From Bacteroidota bacterium (GTDB taxonomy: Bacteria; Bacteroidota; Bacteroidia; Flavobacteriales_F; PHOS-HE28): a stretch of DNA of 64,000 bases. The stretch lies in the NCBI GenBank assembly GCA_963169535.1, contig CAUJED010000023.1, positions 8,030 through 72,029 on the forward strand. The letters run 5' to 3'. Of this stretch, positions 27,821 to 36,945 are shown piece after piece. Under the pieces are notes generated by a model. It was not told where the DNA came from and searched no databases. It was given only the letters and a program-made list of their open reading frames with translations. Both the position numbers and the translations under genes were made by a program. Numbering within the stretch: the stretch's first letter is position 1; the number at the start of each line of letters is the position of its first letter.

Positions 27821-28548
27821 CATAGGCTCAGCAGGTCCTTGAACCGTGCGGCCTGTCGGCGGGAGACCTCGATGGCTTCCGGCTCGCCATTGCGGTCGAG
27901 GCTCTTGAGCTTCACCATGAGACCACCATTGAACCAAGGCTCGATCTTGTCCACCCAACGCAGGTTGATGATGTGCTTGCGGCTGGCACGGAAGTAGACG
28001 AGTGGATCCAACTTCTCCTCCAGCTTGTTGAGTGAACGCAGAACAAGCGGCTTCTGATCGTCGAACCGCACCCGCACATAGTTCCCTTCGCTCTCGAAAT
28101 AGCGGACATCCTTCAAGGTCACGAACCAGCACTTCTCCCCATCGCGCAGGAAGATCTGGTCACCCTCGCGTAACACTTCGCGTTGTGGTGCATCCTGTTC
28201 GTGCTGCGCATGCAGTTTGCCCAACGCCGCAGCCAGTCGATCCGGGTCGATCGGCTTCACCACGTAGTCCAGCGCGTTCACCTGAAAGGCGCGCAGGGCA
28301 TGTTCGTCGTAAGCGGTCACGAAGATCACCTGGGGTGCGGGGTCCAGTGCTGCGAGCAACTCGAATCCATCGCGTCCCGGCATGTTGATGTCCAGAAAGA
28401 TCAGGTCCGGGCGTTTCTCGGCCACCATGGCCTCGGCTTCGTCCGCGTTCGCGGCTTCGCCAACGACCTCGATGTGATCATGCCGCTCCAACAGGCTGGC
28501 GAGTTCTTTCCGGGCGAGCCGTTCGTCATCGATGATCAGTGCTTTCAT
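27820..28548 (-). CDS. LytR/AlgR family response regulator (REC + LytTR DNA-binding domain)
   Basis: MKALIIDDERLARKEL..., DLIFLDINMPGRDGFEL, and a C-terminal LytTR-type domain (...IRYFESEGNYVRV...). Confidence 0.9.
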   Translation of the reverse strand: MKALIIDDERLARKELASLLERHDHIEVVGEAANADEAEAMVAEKRPDLIFLDINMPGRDGFELLAALDPAPQVIFVTAYDEHALRAFQVNALDYVVKPIDPDRLAAALGKLHAQHEQDAPQREVLREGDQIFLRDGEKCWFVTLKDVRYFESEGNYVRVRFDDQKPLVLRSLNKLEEKLDPLVYFRASRKHIINLRWVDKIEPWFNGGLMVKLKSLDRNGEPEAIEVSRRQAARFKDLLSL

Positions 28549-29657
28549 GGAGTGCGGTGGTGATGTGGTAAGGTACGGGTCGGTTCGTGTTCGGCGGTCA
28601 AGGGTATGTCAACGCGACTTTCGACCATGCCATCAGCGTTCAGGATCTCCAGGTGCGCGCGACCGGTGTAGATCATGGCCAGCCGTTTGCGTGTGTTCTG
28701 AAGGCCGATGCCGGTACCTTTCACGTTGCCGGGGGTGTAGTGCCCGGTGTTGCGCACCGTCAATCGCAAGCCATCGTCCGTGCGCTGGGCCTTCACCAGC
28801 AGATCGCCACCATCCACCAGCGGCGCGATGCCATGGCGTACGGCGTTCTCCACGAGGGTTTGAAGCAGCATCGGAGGTACAGGTACACGTTCGAGTTCGG
28901 GTGGCACGTCGAACGAATAACGCAACCGATGCTCGAAGCGCATGTGCTCCAGTTCCAGATAGGCCTTGACGATATCGATCTCTTCCCCCAATGGCACCAC
29001 TTCGCGGCGTACCGTGGCCATGGCATTGCGCAGGATGGCGCTCAGTTGGGTGATGGCACGTTTCGCCTTGTCCGGGTCCTCGTCCACCAGCGCGCGTATC
29101 CCATTGAGGGCATTGAACATGAAATGCGGGTTCATTTGCGCCCGCAGCGTGTTCAGTTGATTGTCGCGATCGGCGGTCTGCAGGCGCAGGTTCCGGATCT
29201 CTTCGCGCCGACTGCGGATGAAGTACACGTACGCGAAGTACCCCAGTGACCAGATGAACAGCAGTACGGTCCAGTTGATCGTGTTCAACAGGATCGCGAG
29301 CGGATCGGCCACAAGCAACGGGGCGTACGAGGGGAAGAACAGGTCGTGCGTCACGGCCATCAGCAGGAAGGCAGCCATGCTCAACAAAAGGGCCACCAGT
29401 GAAAGCCTTGGTAGCACAAATCCGATGTCCCGCTCCAGCCATCGGTTGCGGATGATCACGCTCCGGAACCAGTGGCTGATGCCGATACCGATGAGGTAGA
29501 ACAGGCCCAGCACCTTCAGCTGGTCGGTGGTCAGTTCGCGGTCCTGGTAGATCGGTAGGCTGATCACCGTGACCAACAAGCCCCAGGCCAACACCTGGGT
29601 GATCCAGTACGTGGTACGGGCCTTCGGCGCGAAGTGGAGTCGGTCGCGTATGGGCAT
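28545..29657 (-). CDS. LytS/YehU-type sensor histidine kinase
   Basis: N-terminal TM helices, then LRAQMNPHFMFNALNGI (His_kinase motif) and the HATPase region LLQTLVENAVRHG...TGIGLQN. 4-nt overlap with the regulator gene. Confidence 0.88.
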   Translation of the reverse strand: MPIRDRLHFAPKARTTYWITQVLAWGLLVTVISLPIYQDRELTTDQLKVLGLFYLIGIGISHWFRSVIIRNRWLERDIGFVLPRLSLVALLLSMAAFLLMAVTHDLFFPSYAPLLVADPLAILLNTINWTVLLFIWSLGYFAYVYFIRSRREEIRNLRLQTADRDNQLNTLRAQMNPHFMFNALNGIRALVDEDPDKAKRAITQLSAILRNAMATVRREVVPLGEEIDIVKAYLELEHMRFEHRLRYSFDVPPELERVPVPPMLLQTLVENAVRHGIAPLVDGGDLLVKAQRTDDGLRLTVRNTGHYTPGNVKGTGIGLQNTRKRLAMIYTGRAHLEILNADGMVESRVDIPLTAEHEPTRTLPHHHRTP

Positions 29658-29767
29658 GTTGATCCGTGTCGGCTAAATTATCCGGGGCGATCCACCGCGC
29701 GGCAGGGATCACATGAACGGTGAAAGCATGTGGCCATCGGGCCAAGGGGCCTACCTTCGCGCACCGC

Positions 29768-30343
29768 ATGAATTTCCTTGGTCATCTGTACCTCTCCGGG
29801 GGCGATCCCGATGTGATCGTGGGGAATTTCATGGGCGATGCCGTGAAGGGACGTGACCTCTCACGGTTCGGGGCGGGGATGGAGCGCGGCCTCAGACTTC
29901 ACCGTGCCATCGATTCGTTCACCGATACGCACCCGTTGGTGTTGAAAGGGAAGGAGCGGCTCCACACCTATGCCGGCCGCTATGCCGGGGTGGTGATGGA
30001 CTTGTTCTACGATCACGTGCTCGCCCGTAATTGGAGCGAGTACCACGGCGAGCCACTGCACAGCTTCGCTCAGCGGATGTACGGGTTGCTGGGATCCCGT
30101 GAGCAGGACATGCCGGCGCGCACACGCGACATGCTACCCTACATGGTACGTCACGATTGGCTCACCTCCTACGTTTCCCTGGCGGGCATTGGACGTGCGC
30201 TCGCCGGCCTTTCGACCCGGGTTCCCGAAGGCGAGGTCATGCGTGGTGCGGAACAAGTGCTGGATCGCTACCTGGCGGAGTATACCATGGAGTTCAAACA
30301 CTTCCTGCCCGAGGTGGAAGCGCATACCCAAGCCTACCGATGA
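29768..30343 (+). CDS. acpH: acyl carrier protein phosphodiesterase
   Basis: MNFLGHLYLSG.DPDVIVGNFMGDAVKG...LHRAIDSFTDTHP, characteristic AcpH N-terminus. Start at ATG 29768. Confidence 0.8.
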   Translation: MNFLGHLYLSGGDPDVIVGNFMGDAVKGRDLSRFGAGMERGLRLHRAIDSFTDTHPLVLKGKERLHTYAGRYAGVVMDLFYDHVLARNWSEYHGEPLHSFAQRMYGLLGSREQDMPARTRDMLPYMVRHDWLTSYVSLAGIGRALAGLSTRVPEGEVMRGAEQVLDRYLAEYTMEFKHFLPEVEAHTQAYR

Positions 30344-31824
30344 CCGTTCGCCAACGCACCGGTCTCTGGGTCCTGCTCGCCGCCGTGGCGCTGGCACTCG
30401 CGTTCTCGTGGTATTTCCGTGAACGCCCCGCAACCTCCACACGGTATGTGCCCTGGGGGCGATCCAAGGTCGTTCGTGACCTCGACCTCATCCGGGCCGA
30501 TACCCTGCGTGTCCTGGTGCTGCAGGATCCGCTGGTCTGGGAGGAGCGCCCTGGTGCGGTGAGCGGTTTCGAGTTCGAGGTGCTCGAACGATTCGCAAGA
30601 CACATCGGCATTCCGATCGAAGCCGTGGTGGTCGATCACCGCGACTCCATGTACAGCGCGCTGCAGCAGGGCTTGGGCGATGTGATCGCCGCCCAGTATG
30701 CACCTGCGCCCTGGGAGCGCCACTGGTTCGGCACCACCAAGCCGGTGATGGTGGTGCGCCCCATGGTAGCGCAGGTGCGCGCCGAAGCGAACACCGTGCG
30801 CGACGCGATGGACGGTACGGTGCATATCAGCGCCTGGTCTCCCTTCAGGGATGGGCCGGGTGTCCGGCCGGTACTGAACGGCTTGAAGGAGGAAACGGCA
30901 ACACCGGACGCATTGTTGATGGATGTGGTCATCGGTAGGGTGCGCGCATGTGTGGTCACCGATGCCACTGCGGCCCATGAAGGCACGCGCTTGTCGGCGC
31001 TGGAGTTCATCCCGCTGAAAGGGAAGGAGCGATCCATCGTGTTCGCGGTACGTAACGATTCACCACGACTCAAGCAGGCCCTTGATGCCTGGCTATCCGA
31101 TCCTGTGGAAGAACGCTTCCGTACGGCATTGCTCGATGGGTATCTCGATCGAAGGTCCAAGCCCGGGGCTTTGCGTAGGCGCTCCATGCCGATCGCCTCG
31201 GATAGCATCTCGCCCTACGACCAGGAGTTCCGGAAGAATGGGCAAGGGTTCGGGTGGAAGTGGCAGCTCCTCGCCGCCATGGCTTGGAAGGAGTCGCGGT
31301 TCGACAGCACCGCCGTTTCCACCAAGGGCGCACAGGGCATCATGCAGTTCATGCCGAACACGGCTGCCCGATACGGCTTGGATACCGCCATGGCGGTGGG
31401 GGACCACATCCGTGCAGCCAAACGCTACATCACCCGGCTGGATACGCTGTGGATGCGTGCTGTGCCGGATCGGGAACAACGCTTGCGATTCGTGCTCGCC
31501 TCATACAACGCAGGGGTGGGCCACATCATCGATGCACAGCGTCTGGCGGAAAGGTCGGGCCTCGACCCCAAGCGGTGGGAGAACCATGTGGAACGTGCCG
31601 TGTTGCTGCTGGCCAAGCCACAGTATTACACCCGCCCCGAGATGAAGAACGGCTATTGCAAGGGCAGTCAGGTGTTCCATTATGTAAGGGACATCGTCTC
31701 GTTGTATGAACAGCTGACGGGAATGGCAAGGTCGGGTGCACAAGCCTCGTCACGGCCGAAGGGGACAGGTGAGGATGAGGTTGCCACACCGGTGCACCCT
31801 CAACCCGCGGACGAGTTGCCCTAA
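30340..31824 (+). CDS. MltF-like lytic transglycosylase (solute-binding-like domain + SLT domain)
   Basis: TM/signal MTVRQRTGLWVLLAAVALALA. SLT catalytic block LLAAMAWKESRFDSTAVSTKGAQGIMQFMPNTA...ASYNAG. ATG 30340 overlaps the acpH stop (ATGA). Confidence 0.8.
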   Translation: MTVRQRTGLWVLLAAVALALAFSWYFRERPATSTRYVPWGRSKVVRDLDLIRADTLRVLVLQDPLVWEERPGAVSGFEFEVLERFARHIGIPIEAVVVDHRDSMYSALQQGLGDVIAAQYAPAPWERHWFGTTKPVMVVRPMVAQVRAEANTVRDAMDGTVHISAWSPFRDGPGVRPVLNGLKEETATPDALLMDVVIGRVRACVVTDATAAHEGTRLSALEFIPLKGKERSIVFAVRNDSPRLKQALDAWLSDPVEERFRTALLDGYLDRRSKPGALRRRSMPIASDSISPYDQEFRKNGQGFGWKWQLLAAMAWKESRFDSTAVSTKGAQGIMQFMPNTAARYGLDTAMAVGDHIRAAKRYITRLDTLWMRAVPDREQRLRFVLASYNAGVGHIIDAQRLAERSGLDPKRWENHVERAVLLLAKPQYYTRPEMKNGYCKGSQVFHYVRDIVSLYEQLTGMARSGAQASSRPKGTGEDEVATPVHPQPADELP

Positions 31825-31971
31825 GCGTCTTTGCTTTCCATGGGTCGGACACCAAGTCGCTGGGTGGCATACCCGGTGGGCGCCTACCTTGTTGCCATGT
31901 TTCGATCGATCAGAGGTGGATGCGGTCCTGCTGGGTGCAACACCTTATCGTGGATGTTCGGCGCATGTGCC

Positions 31972-33792
31972 ATGTGTGGCGACCGTACAACAGCAGGGCT
32001 GGTGGGTCGGACTCCAAGGGCCTGGGCCAAAGTGATCGCGGTGTGGATCCACCTCATGGTCGGTGGCGCCGCGGTGATGGCCCAGGAGATGCTGCCGCAC
32101 ACCTTGGCGCCGCACGAGCGGGAACTGATCGTGCCGTATCGCGCCTCCAGGTCCGAGTTGGGCCGTGGTGCCGTTGCTCCACCCCAGTTCCCGGTGCGCA
32201 CCATGGCCGAATGGGAAGAGGTGGAAAGCCTCGTGATCGTATGGGCATCCTTCCCCGGTCTCCTCAAACGGATCGTCCGTCACGCGCTGCTCGAATGCCG
32301 CGTCATCATCGTGTGCGACGACCAGGCCGAGGTGGAGGAGTTCCTCTCCGGAGCGAATGATGGCGGTCCGATCGTGGATCAAACGGGGATCACCTACCTC
32401 AACGCGGCGTTCAACAGCATCTGGTCGCGCGATTACCTCGCCGAGAGCATCTACATCAACGAAGTGGACTCGCTGTTGTTGCTGGATTGGATCTACAATA
32501 GACCTCGCCCTGCGGACGATGTGTTGAGCGATGCCGTTGGCGCTTCGGAAGGTATCGCTGTGCTCGGCACCACTACAGCGCCCTACGATCTGGTGCACAC
32601 CGGTGGTAACTTCATGTGCGATGGTGCCGGAACGGCCTTCAGCTCAGAGCTGGTGCTGGACGAGAACGGCCCCCTCGGTGAATTCAACCAGACAGTGCGG
32701 GACGCGGCAGGGGTGGATTCCATCATGGCCCGGTTCATGGGGATCCATCGCTACATCACCATGCCCACGTTGCCATACGACGCCATCCATCACATCGATA
32801 TGCACATGAAGCTGCTTGATGAGCAGACGCTGCTCGTGGGCGAATTCCCCACAGGGCAGAGCGATGGCCCGCAACTGGAGCAGAACCTGGCGACGATCAT
32901 GGCCAACGAGACCTCGGTGTTCGGTACGCCTTATCGCGTGGTACGGATCCCGATGCCGCCGAGCGTGGGTGGGAACTATCCACCGGCGGCGAGCTATCGC
33001 ACCTTTGCCAACAACGTCTTCATCAATCGTACCGTGCTGGTGCCCACCTACCGGACCGAGTACGACACCATCGGGTTGCGTATCCTCGCCGAAGCCCTGC
33101 CTGGCTACGAGGTGGTGGGTATCGATTGCGATTCGGAGCAGAACATCATCCAGCAGAGCGGAGCGATCCATTGCATCACCAAGACCATCGGCGTACGTGA
33201 TCCCTTGCTGATCCGCCATCAGCCGCTTGCCGGTACCGATGATCTCCTCGGCCCCTATGTGGTCGAGGCCTATATCCGGCACCGTACCGGCATCGCCAGC
33301 GCGCGGCTCCACTGGGCCCTTGCGCCGGATGGTCCGTTCAACATGGTGCCGCTCTCGCCCGTGGGAGAGGATCGCTGGTCCGGAGGCATCCCAGGCCAGG
33401 CTCCGGGGTCAGCGGTGTACTATTACCTGGAGGCTACGGCCAACAGTGGCAAGGAACTGATGCGCCCCCTCGTGGCACCGCAGGGAGCTTGGCGCTTCAA
33501 AGTGTCCGACCTGGCCAGCGCCATGGCCGATACCGCACCTCCGGTCATCGCCGAGTTGTTCCCCAATCCGGCATCCTCTGTGGTGTCGCTGCGGTTGGCG
33601 CAAGGGGGAGGCGAGCGGGTGTCCGTGGAGTTGCACGATGCCTTGGGCCGTTGTGTGATGCGACCCTATGATGGGTTCTTGCCGGCCGATGGTCGCGTGT
33701 TCATCGATATTGCCGGATTGCCCGAAGCGCCCTACCTCGTCCAGGTCAGCACCTCGCGCGGCCGGGCCACCACGTGGTTGATGAAACGGTAG
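31972..33792 (+). CDS. agmatine deiminase/peptidyl-arginine deiminase (PAD_porph) family protein with a T9SS C-terminal sorting domain
   Basis: Family motifs IWSRDY, HTGGNFMCDGAGTAFSS, HIDMHMKL and the catalytic-Cys block GAIHCITKT. C-terminal LFPNPASSVVSLRL...YLVQVSTSRGRATTWLMKR is a T9SS CTD. Start uncertain (31831-31972); the signal peptide ends ...GGAAVMAQ. Confidence 0.8.
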   Translation: MCGDRTTAGLVGRTPRAWAKVIAVWIHLMVGGAAVMAQEMLPHTLAPHERELIVPYRASRSELGRGAVAPPQFPVRTMAEWEEVESLVIVWASFPGLLKRIVRHALLECRVIIVCDDQAEVEEFLSGANDGGPIVDQTGITYLNAAFNSIWSRDYLAESIYINEVDSLLLLDWIYNRPRPADDVLSDAVGASEGIAVLGTTTAPYDLVHTGGNFMCDGAGTAFSSELVLDENGPLGEFNQTVRDAAGVDSIMARFMGIHRYITMPTLPYDAIHHIDMHMKLLDEQTLLVGEFPTGQSDGPQLEQNLATIMANETSVFGTPYRVVRIPMPPSVGGNYPPAASYRTFANNVFINRTVLVPTYRTEYDTIGLRILAEALPGYEVVGIDCDSEQNIIQQSGAIHCITKTIGVRDPLLIRHQPLAGTDDLLGPYVVEAYIRHRTGIASARLHWALAPDGPFNMVPLSPVGEDRWSGGIPGQAPGSAVYYYLEATANSGKELMRPLVAPQGAWRFKVSDLASAMADTAPPVIAELFPNPASSVVSLRLAQGGGERVSVELHDALGRCVMRPYDGFLPADGRVFIDIAGLPEAPYLVQVSTSRGRATTWLMKR

Positions 33793-33824
33793 TGGGCACG
33801 GCGTTCCGCCGAACACCGGTGGCC

Positions 33825-34571
33825 TCACTTTTTCTTCTTCCGCCGAACACGGTCCGGGTCCTCGTGGAAATAGTACCGGAAGTCCGCCGTTAGGTAACTG
33901 CCGCTGAGTCCGCCGCGCATGCGGTGGTAGGGGAAAAGTCGATTCTGCTCGTCCAGGAAGACAAGGTCGGCGACCGCCATGTCGCCGAATGGGCGATGGA
34001 AGGTGGCGCCGATGTACAAGGTCCCGCTCTTGGGCGTACGGTACTCCCAGCCCACATTACCGACCACGCCAAGCTGCACCCACCGGTTGCGGAACATATA
34101 GATGTAGCCACCATTCAATTGGCGTTGTACATCGCTCGGGTACAGGTCCGCGGAAAAGCCGATCGCAGCGTTCATGTACGAACGTTCGCCGGTGCGGATG
34201 TACGTCAGCATGTTGATCGGGATCTCATAACCCACGTAACGCACCTGGCCTTCTTCCCGGTAGCCAATGGTGTCGTTGGCCAGTGTGAAGGAGTACCGCC
34301 GTTGGATCTGCCCGATCCCCGTCTCGAGGCTGATCATCGGGGTCAGCCCAACACGGATGCTCATGCCGTAGGCCATGCCACCTTGAAGCTCCACCGTGCC
34401 GGTGAGCGCTGGAGCGCGCATCTCGGTCAGCGGGTCGAAATAGGGCAGCGCCAACACCGGTTTCACCTGTAGGCCGAAGGTGGTGACACCTTGTTGTGCG
34501 GCCATCCGCGTGCCGGACAACAGCATGCCTGCCACCGGCAGCCACATGAGGTTCACACGCCAACGCACCAT
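33825..34571 (-). CDS. hypothetical secreted/outer-membrane beta-rich protein
   Basis: Signal peptide MVRWRVNLMWLPVAGMLLSGTRMAAQ. Alternating aromatic/Gly strands. No family recognised. Start at ATG 34571. Confidence 0.5.
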   Translation of the reverse strand: MVRWRVNLMWLPVAGMLLSGTRMAAQQGVTTFGLQVKPVLALPYFDPLTEMRAPALTGTVELQGGMAYGMSIRVGLTPMISLETGIGQIQRRYSFTLANDTIGYREEGQVRYVGYEIPINMLTYIRTGERSYMNAAIGFSADLYPSDVQRQLNGGYIYMFRNRWVQLGVVGNVGWEYRTPKSGTLYIGATFHRPFGDMAVADLVFLDEQNRLFPYHRMRGGLSGSYLTADFRYYFHEDPDRVRRKKKK

Positions 34572-34639
34572 CGATCCAAAGATCGAGTAGGCCTGAGAGG
34601 CCACCGGTGATCCCGCGCGATGTATGCCTGACCAGCGAT

Positions 34640-35227
34640 TCACTTCTCAACCCAGTTGCACACCATTTCCAAAGGCCTGCGGTGGCTCTTGGGCCACTCC
34701 CCAGCGGGGTATCCGACAAAGAATAGCCCCAAGGATAGGCCAGTTGGTGTCAATCCTTGGAAGTCGCGCATGCCATCTCCGATCAACGGACCACCCGTGG
34801 CCCAGAACGCCCCCAGGCCATAAGCGGTACAGGTCAGGTACATGTTCTGCACGGCACAGGCCACGGCCATCACCTCATCCCGTTCGCTGATCTTCCCGTT
34901 CGGGTCTCGTTCAAGCCCCAGGGCGATCACCACCGTGCTCATGAGCGGGCGTTGGGTGAGGTTGTCGTACTTCTTCTGGAGGAATTTCTCCGGCGGGGTC
35001 ATCCGGGTGTATTCCTCGCCAAGGAAACGCGAAAGACGCTCCCGCCCTTCGCCGGTGTACACCGTGAAGCGCCAGGGTTGGGTGAGGCCATGCGTGGGAG
35101 CCCAGGTGGCATTGGTCAGGATCCGCTCCACCATTTCCTTGTGTACCGAACGATCGGAGTAGTCTTTCGGCGCGATGCTGCGGCGGTGCCGGATCAGTTC
35201 GGTGATCTCGCTGAGGCTGAATTTCAT
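34640..35227 (-). CDS. nitroreductase family protein
   Basis: LIRHRRSIAPKDY...ILTNATWAPTHGLTQPWRFTV...: classic FMN nitroreductase N-terminus. Start at ATG 35227. Confidence 0.85.
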   Translation of the reverse strand: MKFSLSEITELIRHRRSIAPKDYSDRSVHKEMVERILTNATWAPTHGLTQPWRFTVYTGEGRERLSRFLGEEYTRMTPPEKFLQKKYDNLTQRPLMSTVVIALGLERDPNGKISERDEVMAVACAVQNMYLTCTAYGLGAFWATGGPLIGDGMRDFQGLTPTGLSLGLFFVGYPAGEWPKSHRRPLEMVCNWVEK

Positions 35228-35355
35228 GGTCGTAGAGACCACAAAGAGACGAAACTTCAGGGCGACCACCGGCGACCCAGGCAGCGTTCCGGGCAGTGGG
35301 GGTGTCTTGATCACAGACTTTACCTTCGCCCATCACTTAACCAAGGATCCTCAGC

Positions 35356-36363
35356 ATGCAGAAGCTCACCCTTAGTGGCTTGGTGCTTGGCCTGTCGCTA
35401 CCCGCGATGGCACAGCCCACCATCGACCTTCAGAACAACAAACCCGTGGATGGGCAGCAATTCCCGGTACGCACCTTGAGCGCGTGGACCTGGGAAGGCC
35501 CTGCGGGGGCGGATGTCGATTACGCCTTCTACGACCTGTTCAGCACCGGGAACCAGACCTACTACACCCACGCCGCATCATCCACCCCGACCTCTGCTTC
35601 CATTCCGTCGGCCAATATGATCACCACGGACGGAGGCAACGACACGCTTTTTTGGAACTATGCGGCGGATGGGTTGTACCAAGTGGGCGCACGCACGAGC
35701 ATAGAGCTCACCTCCAACTATACCGACCCCATTCTGGAGCTGAAGTATCCATGCACCTATGGGACCACCTGGAGCGATGTGACCGTGGCCACGTACAATA
35801 CGCCATTGGGTCAGGCCAGCCGTACGGGCACCATCACCGGGCATGCTGATGCCTATGGCGCCTTGGGCATCTCCGGTCTGTATGAGCCCAACATACTTCG
35901 GGTGAAGGTGCGTCGCGATCTGAGTGATGTGGCCGCAGTGGCCACCACCCGCCGGATCACCAATACTTATTACTTCTTCCGAGAGGCCACCCCGTGGCCG
36001 ATCTTGAAGCTCTCCGTGGACTCGTTCTCCGTGAACAACGGCGGGTATAGTGTGTCCAGGGAAGCCAAGTGGATGGGCGGCCCTGGAGGTCTGGGGTTTG
36101 ATGAGGCTGCGGCCGACCAGGTGACCTTCTCTCCGTATCCGAACCCCACTCAGGGCGTAGTGGATCTGCGGGTTTCGGCCGCTGAAGTTCGCCAGATCGA
36201 AGTGATGGACGCTACGGGGCGCGCAGTGATCGTCATGGGACGAGCGAACAGCACGGGCCAGGATGTGGCGCTGGACCTCTCCGCGCTTCCAGCCGGGGTG
36301 TATCATGTGCGTGTACACACCAAGGATGGCCGTACCGCAACGCAACGCTTGGTGCGCCAGTAG
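35356..36363 (+). CDS. secreted protein with a T9SS C-terminal sorting domain, function unknown
   Basis: Signal peptide MQKLTLSGLVLGLSLPAMAQ. C-terminus FSPYPNPTQGVVDLRV...GVYHVRVHTKDGRTATQRLVRQ. Confidence 0.75.
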   Translation: MQKLTLSGLVLGLSLPAMAQPTIDLQNNKPVDGQQFPVRTLSAWTWEGPAGADVDYAFYDLFSTGNQTYYTHAASSTPTSASIPSANMITTDGGNDTLFWNYAADGLYQVGARTSIELTSNYTDPILELKYPCTYGTTWSDVTVATYNTPLGQASRTGTITGHADAYGALGISGLYEPNILRVKVRRDLSDVAAVATTRRITNTYYFFREATPWPILKLSVDSFSVNNGGYSVSREAKWMGGPGGLGFDEAAADQVTFSPYPNPTQGVVDLRVSAAEVRQIEVMDATGRAVIVMGRANSTGQDVALDLSALPAGVYHVRVHTKDGRTATQRLVRQ

Positions 36364-36371
36364 TCATTGAT

Positions 36372-36420
36372 CCGTAACGCGCAGCGCCCCGTGGGATCCA
36401 CGGGGCGCTGCGCGTTACGG
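36372..36420. terminator. bidirectional terminator-like perfect hairpin between convergent genes
   Basis: CCGTAACGCGCAGCGCCCCGTGG-GAT-CCACGGGGCGCTGCGCGTTACGG: 23-bp perfect stem with a 3-nt loop. Confidence 0.65.
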
Positions 36421-36472
36421 GTGGCCCTGGTCGATTGGCGGTGGGCCTCCGGCCGGTGCAAGCGGGTCGTGA

Positions 36473-36886
36473 TCAGATCTTCGGCATCTTGTGATAGTCG
36501 CTGAACTCCTCGTCCATCTTGCGCTTCACCTGGTGCATCTTGTGGCCGATCACGGCGAGCTCCTTGTGTCCGTTCTCCATCAACCACTGGAGATCCTCCT
36601 CACTGCCATCGCCGGTCAGTGCGACATGCCGTAGCACCTTCATCCCGTTCCGCTCCAGCCAATCCAAGGCGCGTTCGTCGCCCTCGATGCCGGTGATGAT
36701 CGCCATCAGGTGCGGGTGGCCGTTCTTCAACAACCAGTCGCGGGCCTCGGGCTTGTTGCGCAGTGCGAAGGTGAACAACCCCAGCTCGGGATAGCCGTTC
36801 TTCATGAGCCAGTCGCGCAGGTCCGTGTTCCCTGCGATGGCCTCACCCCAGGCGACCAGGATCTTGGCGGGGTATTCGGTCTTCAT
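36473..36886 (-). CDS. hypothetical protein built of four ~32-aa 'WL-x-x-NG' repeats
   Basis: DWLMKNGYPELG / DWLLKNGHPHLM / DWLERNGMKVLR / QWLMENGHKELA recur at regular spacing. No family recognised. Confidence 0.6.
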   Translation of the reverse strand: MKTEYPAKILVAWGEAIAGNTDLRDWLMKNGYPELGLFTFALRNKPEARDWLLKNGHPHLMAIITGIEGDERALDWLERNGMKVLRHVALTGDGSEEDLQWLMENGHKELAVIGHKMHQVKRKMDEEFSDYHKMPKI

Positions 36887-36945
36887 GCCGTTGGGCTACG
36901 AAGGTACCACGGCCTACGGCTGTTGCCGGGCGGTATCTTCGCCGG

